Shown here piece by piece: positions 30,387 through 40,795 of a DNA stretch of 64,000 nt (positions within the stretch are counted from its first letter, which is position 1; every line of letters starts with the position of its first letter). The stretch is from an uncultured Actinomycetes bacterium (GTDB taxonomy: Bacteria; Actinomycetota; Humimicrobiia; Humimicrobiales; Humimicrobiaceae), in assembly GCA_963847665.1 (NCBI GenBank), contig CAWKAO010000003.1:85453-149452 (forward strand). Direction: 5' to 3'. Position numbers and translations under genes: made by a program. The notes beneath the pieces were generated by a model, which was given only the letters and a program-made list of their open reading frames with translations, had not been told where the DNA came from and searched no databases.

Positions 30387-31220
30387 ATGTCTAAACTAAT
30401 AATAAATTTTGCTCCTACAGGTATGAAGCCAACGAAAGACTGGACCCCTCATGTGCCAATAACACCAGATGAAATAATAGAGCAGGTGCACGAGGCATAT
30501 GATCTGGGCATAACTATTGTACACCTGCATGCAAGAGACAGCCAGACTGGAAAGCCGGATTATAGAGCTTTTATCTATGAAAAAATTATCAGTGGCATAA
30601 GAAAACACTGTAAAGATTTGATTATCAGCCTTTCAACAAGCGGCAGGTCTTTTTCAGAGTTCGAAAAAAGATCAGAGGTATTGCAGCTAAAACCTGATTT
30701 AGCGTCACTAACAATGTCATCACTGAATTTTCTTCATGATTCTCATATGAACGATCCTGAAATGATAAATAAATTAGCTTGTAGGATGAATGAATTAGGA
30801 GTACACCCCGAGATCGAATGTTTTGATAGTGGGATGGTAAATTATGCCAAATACATGATAAGTAAAAACATCCTGAAACCACCTCTTTATTGGAACCTTT
30901 TGTTTGGAAACATTTTTACTGCCCAGCCTGATCTGGCAAATATAGGCATTACAGTAAGGGATCTTCCCCCGGACTCTATTTATGCCTTTGCTGGTCTGGG
31001 AGCTTCTCAACTTAAAGTATCTACATATGCTATTGCTTCAGGTGCCCCAGGTGTCAGGATAGGGATAGAGGACAATGTGTATTACGATGCTAAAAAATCT
31101 TTGTTTGCATCAAACTTCATGCTGGTAAAAAGAATCCACCAGATCTCTGAGATTTTTGAAAGAGAAATCATGAAACCTTCAGAATTCGGAGCAATGGGAT
31201 TTTATAATTCAAAAAAATGA
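30387..31220 (+). CDS. BKACE-family enzyme (3-keto-5-aminohexanoate cleavage enzyme-like, DUF849)
   Basis: 'LIINFAPTGMKPTKDWTPHVPITPDEIIEQVHEAYDLGITIVHLHARD' is the characteristic BKACE TIM-barrel N-terminus with the metal-binding H-x-H. Confidence 0.65.
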   Translation: MSKLIINFAPTGMKPTKDWTPHVPITPDEIIEQVHEAYDLGITIVHLHARDSQTGKPDYRAFIYEKIISGIRKHCKDLIISLSTSGRSFSEFEKRSEVLQLKPDLASLTMSSLNFLHDSHMNDPEMINKLACRMNELGVHPEIECFDSGMVNYAKYMISKNILKPPLYWNLLFGNIFTAQPDLANIGITVRDLPPDSIYAFAGLGASQLKVSTYAIASGAPGVRIGIEDNVYYDAKKSLFASNFMLVKRIHQISEIFEREIMKPSEFGAMGFYNSKK

Positions 31221-33229
31221 AACTTTTTTATCGTTCAAGTCCTTATAAGTATATTATACTGGCAATTTTAATAAACCTTCTTTTGTTCTCACTATTTTTT
31301 TGTTTTATTACACCGAGATATCAGTCAAACGATGACAGTACAATGGAAGGGATCGCTTCAGGTATAAGGACAGGACAGCCTTCTGAATACCTGGTTTTCA
31401 TTGACATATTAATAGGAAAATTGCTTGTTTTTTTGTATAGCAACCTTATAAATATAAACTGGTACCCGGTTTTATTTTATTTACTGCATTTCATATCAAT
31501 GTCAATAATGTGTTTTTGCCTGCTTTTAAGAAAAAAGTTTTTACCGGGACTTGCCTTTTATTTGCTTATCTTTGCATTTTTTGAATTGTTTCTGCTTACA
31601 AATATACAGTTTACTACAACTTCATTTGTTTCTGCTATATCAGGTGTAATATTATTTTTGTCATTTCTTGATTCCAGGGGCTCCAGGTTCTATATCGCAA
31701 CAGTTATAAGTATTTTTTTATTTATAATCTCAGAATTTATAAGACACTATATGTCTTTCCTGGTACTCGGACTTTTTTCTATTTTGTTATTATTTAAGTT
31801 CATTAAAAAACCGGGGCTTAAAATACCAGTTTTTCTGATAATAACAGCTGTTCTTTTTACTTTGATTTATTTCCACAATATTAACTACTACCAGAAAGAT
31901 CCTAAATGGGCTTTTTATATCCAGTATAATAAGCTTAGACCCGAAATCAGTGATTATCCGCAAAAAAAATATAGTGAAAGTACAAAGGATGTTTACAGGA
32001 TTGTGGGTTGGAGTGAAAATGATGTCAAAATGTATAAATCCTGGTTTTTTAGTGATCTTGAATTGTATTCCCTTGAAAAAGTCCAATATATTGTAGACAG
32101 CATCAGTAATGATAACGGGCCAAAAGAGACATTTGATGTGTGGAAGAAGGCATTTAATGATCTGAATTTGAAAATCAGGATTTTTACAATATTTTTTTTA
32201 ATAGTTCTGATTATTGAAGCAATAAAAAACAGGAACAAATATCTTTTATTTACGACAATACCCCCTTTTATAATATCTTTATACTTTTCATATACCAACA
32301 GGTTGCCCAACAGATTATTTATACCACTAATATTTTTTACCATCCTCACATCCGCTTTTTTTAAAAGTGATTTTGTTTTCCTGACTGCACTAAAAAGTAA
32401 GAAAAAGACATTTATGCTTATATCACTAGCAGTCTGTATTATCATATTCTCTTCAATTTTTATTACCACTTCAATCGCAAGCAGGACAAACTTTGAAAAA
32501 CAGGAAGAATTTAATGAAAAAATAAGCAGGATGAAAGAACATGACTTTATATATGTCAGATGGGGTGCTGCGCCATTGCATGATAAAAAAATTTCATTTA
32601 CCATCCCGGAAAATCTTAAAGGTCTCAAGTATATACAGCAGGGATGGTTGCAGCACAGCCCGATATACAATGAGATACTACTTAAATATTCAATTGAAAA
32701 TATCTATACAGATATAATCCTAAGGAATGATATCAGGGTCTTATGTACCAAGGATCAGGGTAAATTATTAAAAATATTTATTGAAGAGCACTATGGTGTC
32801 TATATTGAAAGTAGTATCGATTCGAATTTTAATGGGGGTTACAATATAACAAGTTTTTACATTCCTGACGGTCCTTTAAGCCTTCTTTTTAAAAGGGCAT
32901 ATTTCTACAAATATGGTAAAGGTGCAAGTAATGATGAAGCTTTAAAATATTATAAATTACTTCAAACAGGAGGCCTTCGATCGGATGCAATCGGCATTGA
33001 AATAAAAAAAATACTTCTAAGTGAAGGCTCGCTGCTCGAAAGTAAAAGTGATAAAGAATTTTTAATAGCATTGTATGCTGTGTTCTTTGATAGAAAACCT
33101 GATATTACAGGACAGGTCATGTGGTTACAGAAATTAAGTAACGGCTACTCACGCTCAGATATTATTGATTCTTTTCTGGCATCGGTTGAATTTCAAAAAA
33201 AATATAAAGATAGCCTGGATACTTTGTGA
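31217..33229 (+). CDS. Polytopic membrane protein (GT-C-like N-terminal region) with a C-terminal DUF4214 domain
   Basis: About 11 TM segments, acidic motif 'QSNDD' in the first extracytoplasmic loop. C-terminal 'FLIALYAVFFDRKPDITGQVMWLQKLSNGYSRSDIIDSFLASVEFQKKY' matches the DUF4214 consensus. Overlaps the BKACE gene by 4 nt. Confidence 0.5.
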   Translation: MKLFYRSSPYKYIILAILINLLLFSLFFCFITPRYQSNDDSTMEGIASGIRTGQPSEYLVFIDILIGKLLVFLYSNLININWYPVLFYLLHFISMSIMCFCLLLRKKFLPGLAFYLLIFAFFELFLLTNIQFTTTSFVSAISGVILFLSFLDSRGSRFYIATVISIFLFIISEFIRHYMSFLVLGLFSILLLFKFIKKPGLKIPVFLIITAVLFTLIYFHNINYYQKDPKWAFYIQYNKLRPEISDYPQKKYSESTKDVYRIVGWSENDVKMYKSWFFSDLELYSLEKVQYIVDSISNDNGPKETFDVWKKAFNDLNLKIRIFTIFFLIVLIIEAIKNRNKYLLFTTIPPFIISLYFSYTNRLPNRLFIPLIFFTILTSAFFKSDFVFLTALKSKKKTFMLISLAVCIIIFSSIFITTSIASRTNFEKQEEFNEKISRMKEHDFIYVRWGAAPLHDKKISFTIPENLKGLKYIQQGWLQHSPIYNEILLKYSIENIYTDIILRNDIRVLCTKDQGKLLKIFIEEHYGVYIESSIDSNFNGGYNITSFYIPDGPLSLLFKRAYFYKYGKGASNDEALKYYKLLQTGGLRSDAIGIEIKKILLSEGSLLESKSDKEFLIALYAVFFDRKPDITGQVMWLQKLSNGYSRSDIIDSFLASVEFQKKYKDSLDTL

Positions 33230-33323
33230 TGATTAGTTGGAATTATATAGAATACTTGCCGAATTTCAGTCATTATTAGTCACTTACATTTTAAAACAGA
33301 ACTATTTATTCTACAGAAAATAT

Positions 33324-34529
33324 TTAAATACTATTTTTGTCATCTTTAAAAAAACTTTTTATCACCTTTATTATCCTGTCCAGGTCTTCTTTATTTAAAT
33401 CATAAAAAAGCGGTAGTCTTAATATGCGATCCGATACATCTTCAGTTACAGGAAAGTCACCTGGTCTGTAACCCAACTTCGCTCCCATAGGGGATAAGTG
33501 AAGCGGCAAAAAATGGAATACAGCAATGATGTTGCTTCTTTTAAAATGATCCATCAGATCATTTCTTGTTTTTAGATCATTTAATAATATATAAAAAATA
33601 TGGCTGTTATGAGTGCAGTTATCGGGTATTACAGGTAGTCTTAAAAGTCCTTTTTTTTGAAATATTTCAAGATTTTCATAATAATGATTCCAGATATAAG
33701 ACCTTTTTTTATTTATATTATAAATTTTTTCAAATTGAGCATATAGAAAAGCAGAAAGCACCTCTGAGGGAAGGAATGATGAACCAATATCCACCCAGCT
33801 ATATTTATCGACTTCACCCCTGAAAAATTTGCTCCTGTTCGTACCCTTCTCTCTTATTATCTCTGCTCTCTCAAAAAAACTTTCATCATTTAACAAAAGT
33901 GCTCCACCCTCACCGCAAATTACATTTTTAGTCTCATGAAAGCTATAACAGCCTAGATTTCCAATACTGCCGAGATAACTATCCTTATATTTTGCTTCTA
34001 TGGCATGGGCAGCATCTTCAATAAGGATAAGGTTATAGTTTCTTGCAATTTGTACTATCTTATCCATTTCACAGGAGACACCTGCATAGTGGATCAGGAC
34101 AATAGCCCTGGTAAACGGGTTTATTGCTTCTTCAATTTTGTCTTCATCGATATTTAAAGTATCTTCCCTGATTTCTGCAAACCTTATGGTCGCATTTCTT
34201 ATGTAAAATGAGTTTGCAGCAGAAACAAAATTAAATGAAGGCATTATGACTTCATCTTCCTTTTTAATGCCAGCAAGTATTGCTGTCATATCCAGGGCAC
34301 TTGAGCATGACGTGGTCAGCAAGGCTTTTTTTACCCCATATCTTGCCTGGATAAAATCATGGCACTTTGTGGTGAAATCCCCGTCCCCGCTTATTTTTCC
34401 GCTTTCAACAGCCTGCTTTATATAGGAAAGCTCATTTCCGACTATTGAAGGTTTATTAAACGGGATCTTTGCGGTTTGCTTTTTTTCTGTTTCCTTCAAT
34501 ATATTTATTTTATTAATGTTCACTGTCAC
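33324..34529 (-). CDS. DegT/DnrJ/EryC1/StrS-family PLP-dependent sugar aminotransferase (ArnB/PglE-like)
   Basis: 'ALLTTSCSSALDMTAILAGIKKEDEVIMPSFNFVSAANSF' and 'YSFHETKNVICGEGGALL', which includes the PLP-lysine region. Confidence 0.85.
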   Translation of the reverse strand: MTVNINKINILKETEKKQTAKIPFNKPSIVGNELSYIKQAVESGKISGDGDFTTKCHDFIQARYGVKKALLTTSCSSALDMTAILAGIKKEDEVIMPSFNFVSAANSFYIRNATIRFAEIREDTLNIDEDKIEEAINPFTRAIVLIHYAGVSCEMDKIVQIARNYNLILIEDAAHAIEAKYKDSYLGSIGNLGCYSFHETKNVICGEGGALLLNDESFFERAEIIREKGTNRSKFFRGEVDKYSWVDIGSSFLPSEVLSAFLYAQFEKIYNINKKRSYIWNHYYENLEIFQKKGLLRLPVIPDNCTHNSHIFYILLNDLKTRNDLMDHFKRSNIIAVFHFLPLHLSPMGAKLGYRPGDFPVTEDVSDRILRLPLFYDLNKEDLDRIIKVIKSFFKDDKNSI

Positions 34530-35454
34530 TATTTATATTGATTGTATCTCTTATGACATACTGAGGCTGTTTATTCTGTGACATAAAAATCCTTCCAACA
34601 TATTCACCTATTAAGCCTACTGAGATCAGCTGTATTCCCGAAAAGAAAAGGATAGCAACAATTGTCGAAGTCCAACCTGTAACAAGAACCGAATCTAACA
34701 TTTTTCTTATCAGTAATATTAATGCGATTATAAAACCTGCTGCAGCACATAATAAACCAAAAAATAATGCGATCCTTAAAGGTTTTACTGAAAAGTTAGT
34801 AAATCCGTTAAACCATAGCCGCAATAATTTAATGAAACTGTAATTCGACTTTCCATGTGCTCTTTTTTTATGCTCTATGTTTACCACTCCTATATTGCTT
34901 GTAATTCTTAAAACAAGACCAGGCAGGTAGGGATATGGTCCCTGGTATTCCAGTATCTCTGTAGCAAGGTATTTTCTAATTACAAAATAACTTGAAGTTT
35001 TTAAATTTCTTGGCTTTTTTAACAGGATATTTGCCATAACAGCATTGATGGTACTGCCAAATTTTCTGAAAATGTTGTGTTTTTTATTAATATAATTTGC
35101 ATATATGATATCATAGCCTTCATCTAACTTTTTTATAAGTTTCCAGATCTCTTCAGGAGGAGTCTGGAGATCATCATCCATAAAAACTGCAACTTCGCCC
35201 TGTATAAACTTTAAACCTGCGATCATTGCATTGTGCTGGCCAAAATTTCTGGAAAGGTTTACAAGTTTGATAGAGTTGTATGATTGTGCTAACTTTAAGC
35301 ACCTGCTGTAACTTGAATCAGTACTCCCGTCGTTCACAAGAATTATTTCATAAGAAACCTTTTCATCTAATTCCCTTAGAAGTCTACCAACGACTTCATC
35401 AATTGTGTTTTCTGAATTATAAACCGGTATGATTATGGATAACATAAAAGACAT
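34513..35454 (-). CDS. Polyprenyl-phosphate sugar synthase, GT2 (GtrB/ArnC/DPM1-like) with two C-terminal TM helices
   Basis: 'MSFMLSIIIPVYNSENTI...ILVNDGSTDSS...VFMDDDLQTPPEEI' plus a C-terminal TM pair. The ORF is open to 35586, but the GT2 consensus starts at the Met at 35454. Overlaps the aminotransferase by 17 nt. Confidence 0.8.
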   Translation of the reverse strand: MSFMLSIIIPVYNSENTIDEVVGRLLRELDEKVSYEIILVNDGSTDSSYSRCLKLAQSYNSIKLVNLSRNFGQHNAMIAGLKFIQGEVAVFMDDDLQTPPEEIWKLIKKLDEGYDIIYANYINKKHNIFRKFGSTINAVMANILLKKPRNLKTSSYFVIRKYLATEILEYQGPYPYLPGLVLRITSNIGVVNIEHKKRAHGKSNYSFIKLLRLWFNGFTNFSVKPLRIALFFGLLCAAAGFIIALILLIRKMLDSVLVTGWTSTIVAILFFSGIQLISVGLIGEYVGRIFMSQNKQPQYVIRDTININSDSEH

Positions 35455-35694
35455 AAAAATATTCTTTCTATTTATGTTTATTAATACTTCGGCAGAAATT
35501 TTAATTACTCTTATTTTAGACATTATATAATAATTATCCATATTTTTTAGTGCTAATAATGATATTAAAGGAAGTATTCTTACCATTTATGTTAAGAATA
35601 CATGCTGATATAATGAGACTGCCAACAGTTACCCAGTAAATATCACTTGCCGAAGCTGGAAAAAAGAACAGTTAAGCAAGATTTATAAATTTAT

Positions 35695-37334
35695 TTGATA
35701 TTTAAAAGTATGTATTTTTTTAGTTCTATCAGAAGTTTTGCAGACAGTAAATATAAGTTGATCATAGTACTTTTTTTCATTATCTTCTTCATAATTGGTA
35801 TATTATCGGTAAGTGATTATGGGATTTCAACAGATGAAGGAGTCCAGCGTGATTTAGGCAATAATGCCTTAAATCTTGTTCTTAAAAATGATAAGGCCAT
35901 ATTTGAATATGAAAATAAGTACCATGGTACTGGTTTTACACTACCCCTAACCATCCTGGTGAAAAGCTTAAATATTAAGAATTTAAGGACTATTTTTTTA
36001 ATCAGGCATTATTTTACTTTTTTATTATTCTACATCTCAGTTATATTCTTCTACTTACTTTGCAGGAAATATTTTTAAGGACTGGAAACTTGGACTGCTT
36101 GGAGGCATTTTTTTAGTCCTTTCACCAAGAATATTTGCAGATTCATTTTACAACCCAAAAGACCTTCCTTTTTTATCAGCTTTTATTGTTTCTATTTTTA
36201 CTCTTAGCAGGTTTCTTGAGACTAAAAATATAAAATTTGCATTCTTACACGGTTTTGCTACAGGATTTGCTACAAGTATCAGGATAATAGGTATCATCAT
36301 TGTCTTTTTTACTTTTCTTTTTTTTATTTTTGATCTGATCCAGATAAAAAAACAGAAAAAAACCATAAATTCATCGCACATCTCCAATGTAATAATAAAT
36401 CTTTTAATATATCTATTTATTATGATAACTATTTTTCTTCTTTTTATGCCTGCACTGATTCCAAACACTATAAATAATTTTATTGGTGCCATAAAGCTTA
36501 TGTCAGACTATCCACACTCAAAAATAGGTCTTTACATGGGAAATATCATTTACGATACCAACCTTCCCTGGCATTATTTGCCTGTAAATATAGCAATAAT
36601 GACACCTATAATTTACACAGTATTATTTCTTTCAGGTTTAATATATTTTTTCAGCCGTTTCAGAAAAAATCTGGATACTTTTTATACCGAAAACAAATAT
36701 ATCATTATTGCTATTTTGTGGTTTTTTATTCCTGATGTTTTCCCAGATATTACTGAGCTCCAACCTGTATAACGGATGGAGGCAGATGTATTTTATCTAT
36801 CCAGCTTTATTGATCATCACACTGATCGGTATTAAATTTTTATTTGATTTCTTTAAAAAAAAGTTGAGTATCAAGAAATATAATGTAGTTGCTACAATTA
36901 TTACCTGTATATTAATCATTAATATAGCTTTTATTGCACAACTAATGATACGGCAGCATCCATACCAATATGTTTATTATAATATACTTGCAGGGAGAAA
37001 CCTGGAAGAGGTAAAGGAAAAGTATCCACTTGATTACTGGGGATTATCTTTCAAAGATGGGCTTGAATACATTCTAAGGACTGATAGCAGGGAAAAGATA
37101 ACTTATTATAACGGAGCCGGGCCAACAAGCTATTCTCAGCTTCTTCTGGATAAACAAGACAGTAAAAGATTAGTTTACGTCAATGATATCGATAAAGCCG
37201 ATTATTATTTAGATAATTATAAAAATATGGATTCTGAATATTACAAACCTTTTAACGGTTTTAGTCTCGAGAAAAAAGTCTTCAGTCTAATAGTAGATAG
37301 CGGAGAAATATTAACTGTTTATAAACTGAAATAG
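35695..37334 (+). pseudogene. Decayed paralog of the ~540-aa GT-C-fold membrane glycosyltransferase (GtrC-type)
   Basis: Three consecutive frames carry the colinear homologue of 43662-45311. A +1 shift sits at ~36072 in a T5 run ('CRKYF|KDWKLG' vs paralog 'CKKIFKDWKFG'). A second shift at ~36745 is a non-homopolymer 2-nt indel ('WFFIP|VFSQILLSSNLYNGW' is restored if 'at' is removed). Confidence 0.7.
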
Positions 37335-37422
37335 TGTGATCTGGCTTCTAATAATCTATAGACTTCGGTCAATAACGTTGAAACAAGAGTCTTTTCATCT
37401 TAACTATCATAATCTTATAAGA

Positions 37423-38487
37423 TTATAAATAACTTGTATAAATCTCCTTATAATATCTTCCAGCCAGTATTTTCCAGTCCAGCTCATCTACTTTTTGAAA
37501 ACCATTTTCTATTATCCTGACCCTCTGGTCACCATCATTTATAATCGATTTACAATTATCAGTAAGGTCCAAGATATCATCAACAGGACTTATCATGGCA
37601 TTCTGGCCGTTTATTGCTATATCATGCACCATGCCTACATCAGTGCTGACTACAGGTATGCACATAGCAAAAGATTCCATCAGAGCCTTTGGTCCCCCCT
37701 CAGTCCTTGAAGTGATAAGATACAGATCAAGGGCTCTATAATAATAAGGTATTTTTAATACATCCCTTGGGTAGAAATGTGCAAACGGGATACCTGCTTC
37801 TTTAAGTTTTTCTTTTACAAACCCTCTTGCAGGCCCGGTTAGCAGAACAAAAACAGGAAAGTCTTTTCTCAACCTTTTAACGACCTCGCAGAATATATCA
37901 GGGCCTTTTATAAGTTTGGGTTTTAAACCTTCGCCCCATCCGTCACCGTCTTTCTGGAAAGAGCCGATACATATAGAACCTTCGGGGATCATAAGCTTTC
38001 TTCTAATCTCTTCCCTGTCTTGTTTAAGGAAACTTTTAAAATATCCGACATCTATTCCTATAGGTATTATGATTATCTTTTCAGATGGAATCCCCCATTT
38101 TATAAGATTGTCCCTGCTCATGGTACATGAAGTAGTAACAACATCTATTTTTTTAGAGATTTCAGATAAATTATCTATATATTCCCTGTCCTTATCAGTA
38201 CCGTGATACCAGGTTAGAATAATATTATTAGTATTTGAGATATAATTATGTATGTCTGGCAAGTATGTGTTTCTTGACCCAAAATGTAATATCTGATTTT
38301 TTATGCCTGATAATCTCCTCTTAGAAGATTTAACAAGCTTTATATCAAGATCAAAAATCCTTTTTATATTTTGCGCTATGGATCGGCCTTCCCAGGCAAT
38401 GACCCATTCTATCCCTTCTATAACATAGTAGATATTTTTTTTATGGCTCAATCTCATCGTATCCTGATAAAATTTATCTCTATTCAA
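37423..38487 (-). CDS. Glycosyltransferase, GT4 family
   Basis: 'RTEGGPKALMESFAMCIPVVSTDVGMVHDI' GT-B donor-binding motif. Confidence 0.8.
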   Translation of the reverse strand: MNRDKFYQDTMRLSHKKNIYYVIEGIEWVIAWEGRSIAQNIKRIFDLDIKLVKSSKRRLSGIKNQILHFGSRNTYLPDIHNYISNTNNIILTWYHGTDKDREYIDNLSEISKKIDVVTTSCTMSRDNLIKWGIPSEKIIIIPIGIDVGYFKSFLKQDREEIRRKLMIPEGSICIGSFQKDGDGWGEGLKPKLIKGPDIFCEVVKRLRKDFPVFVLLTGPARGFVKEKLKEAGIPFAHFYPRDVLKIPYYYRALDLYLITSRTEGGPKALMESFAMCIPVVSTDVGMVHDIAINGQNAMISPVDDILDLTDNCKSIINDGDQRVRIIENGFQKVDELDWKILAGRYYKEIYTSYL

Positions 38488-38580
38488 AAAAAAATAAATT
38501 TAATAGAATTAATAAATAAAATATAATAAAATTTCAGAGCTAAATTATATTATAAAATCATCATTTATATAAATAGAAAA

Positions 38581-39901
38581 TGAATCCGGATTTGTTTTAC
38601 GACCAGCTTATAAAAAAAGAAACAAGATATAGCTGTAGTAGGGCTCGGCTATGTCGGTCTTCCATTGCTTATCGAACTTTCCAGATATTTTGATGTCATC
38701 GGCTTTGATTTAAACAGGCAACGAATATCGGAATTGAGGGAAAATCACGACAAGGACAGGAATGTAAGCATTGAAGAACTTACAGGTATTAAATGTAAAT
38801 ATACTGCCGACGTATAAGATCTTAATCTGGCTAACTTCTTTATAATCGCAGTACCTACTCCCATAGATACTGATAAAAACCCTGACATTACACTCTTAAG
38901 GGAGGCGACAATTACTGCTGGTGAGAATATGCCGTCTGGCTCTATCGTTGTCTATGAATCAACTGTATATCCTGGTGTCACTGAAGAAATCTGCATTCCT
39001 TTACTTGAGGAACATTCAAATCTAAAAAGTGGGCGGGACTTTTTTGTCGGTTACTCGCCCGAAAGGGTCAACCCTGGGGACAGGCAGCACACCCTTAAAA
39101 ATATACAGAAAGTCATATCTGCACAGGATGATGATTCTCTGGAAGTAATATCAAAAGTCTACAATAAAATTGTACCTGCTGGTGTTTTTAAGGCTTCAAG
39201 CATAAAAGTCGCAGAAGCCGCCAAAGTCATTGAAAACACCCAGAGAGATCTTAATATAGCTCTTATCAATGAACTTGCTATTATTTTTTCTAAAATGCGA
39301 TATCGATACAAGTGAGGTCCTTGAGGCAGCATCGACTAAATGGAACTTTATTAAATTTTATCCGGGCCTTGTCGGAGGGCATTGTATTGGAGTGGACCCA
39401 TACTACCTTACTTACAAAGCAAAAAAAATAGGATACCAGCCGGATGTGATACTTGCAGGCAGGAAAATAAATGATGGGATGGGATTATTTATTGGTCAGG
39501 AAATAATTAAAAACCTGGAAACAACCTACAAGGATATTAAAGGATCAAAAGCTATTATCTTCGGAATTACTTTTAAAGAGAACGTATCAGACATCAGAAA
39601 TTCCAGGGTGACTGATATTTATGATCACCTAAAGGTAAATGGTATAGATGCTCTTATATATGATCCTATTGCTAATAAAAATGATGTAAAAAAACATTAT
39701 GGAATAGATCTCATCGAGTTTGAAGAAATTAAAGGGGCAGATGCATTTATTTTTTGTGTATCACATAATGAGTTTAAAAATATTGATCTTAAAAGCTTAA
39801 AAGAAAAACAGAACAAAGAAAATCCTTTTATTTTTGATATAAAATGGATATTTAGAAAAGAAGATATAGAAAAGCTTGGTTACAGATACTGGAGAGTATA
39901 A
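38581..39901 (+). pseudogene. UDP-N-acetylhexosamine 6-dehydrogenase (TviB/WbpO/Cap5O-like), multiply disrupted
   Basis: (1) Frameshift in an A7 run at 38611-38617 between 'MNPDLFYDQLIKK' and 'DIAVVGLGYVGLPLLIEL'. (2) In-frame TAA at 38815-38817 ('[21 protein letters not shown]'). (3) Frameshift at ~39285-39300 between 'NELAIIF..' and '[16 protein letters not shown]...GGHCIGVDPYYL'. Confidence 0.75.
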
Positions 39902-40795
39902 ATGAGGCTTAATGAACTTAAGTTTAACAAGAAAATAAAAATACTTGTTACAGGCTGCGCAGGTTTTATCGGCAGCAATATAATGGAATTCCTACTCAGT
40001 AGGGATATGGCTGTTATCGGCCTAGATGATTTTTCTACAGGAACAAAAGATAATATGGATGAAGTTATCAATTCAATTTCTGAAGTCAATGAAAATCCGG
40101 ATTTCAAGTTTATCCAGGGAGATATAAGAGATTATAATTCATGTATTGCGGCGACAAAAAGTACAGACATTGTACTTCACCATGCTGCACTTGGTTCAGT
40201 TCAACGCTCAATTGAAAATCCCGCTGATTCAAGTTCTGTAAATATCGAAGGCACCCTTAATTTGTTAAGAGCTTCAACAGAAAACAAAGTCAAAAAATTT
40301 ATATATGCATCTTCATCATCTGTTTATGGTGATACAGCAATACTGCCAAAAGTCGAAGACATGCCTCCCAATCCAAAATCCATTTATGCAGTGACTAAAC
40401 TAACAGCAGAGTATTATTGCCGCCTGTATTTTGAAATGTTTGGTTTAATGACAATATCATTGAGATATTTTAATGTATTTGGAAGACGTCAAAACCCTGG
40501 TTCCATTTATTCAGCGGTCATACCAAAATTTTTAAAGAAGATTTCAGAGAACCAGCAACCTGAGGTATATGGAGATGGAAATCAGAGCAGGGATTTTACA
40601 TATATTGATAATGTAATATTTGCCAATTATCTTGCTATGACTTCGGAGAATGACAGATTGTATGGCAATTTTTACAATATCGCATGCGCAAAGAGGATCA
40701 GCCTCAATGAAATCATAGGTTTTATTTCAAAGACAAAGGGCATCCAATGTTACACCGGTCTATCTTCCAGAAAGAAAAGGAGATGTAAGGCATAG
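39902..40795 (+). CDS. UDP-sugar 4-epimerase of the WbpP/TviC type (extended SDR), with two frameshifts in the last ~50 codons
   Basis: 'KILVTGCAGFIGSNIMEFLL' NAD motif. The true C-terminus ('PVYLPERKGDVRHSLAGIEKAKK' then 'ILGYYPLVCFDEGFKRTCGSILNK*') is reached only after frame changes at ~40740 and in an A6 run at ~40825. The stop is at 40897-40899. Confidence 0.7.
   Translation: MRLNELKFNKKIKILVTGCAGFIGSNIMEFLLSRDMAVIGLDDFSTGTKDNMDEVINSISEVNENPDFKFIQGDIRDYNSCIAATKSTDIVLHHAALGSVQRSIENPADSSSVNIEGTLNLLRASTENKVKKFIYASSSSVYGDTAILPKVEDMPPNPKSIYAVTKLTAEYYCRLYFEMFGLMTISLRYFNVFGRRQNPGSIYSAVIPKFLKKISENQQPEVYGDGNQSRDFTYIDNVIFANYLAMTSENDRLYGNFYNIACAKRISLNEIIGFISKTKGIQCYTGLSSRKKRRCKA

Noticed and set aside
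36148-36492. 114-aa minus-strand ORF
   Set aside because: It lies within the plus-strand GT-C pseudogene. Its translation is low-complexity and has no homologue signal.
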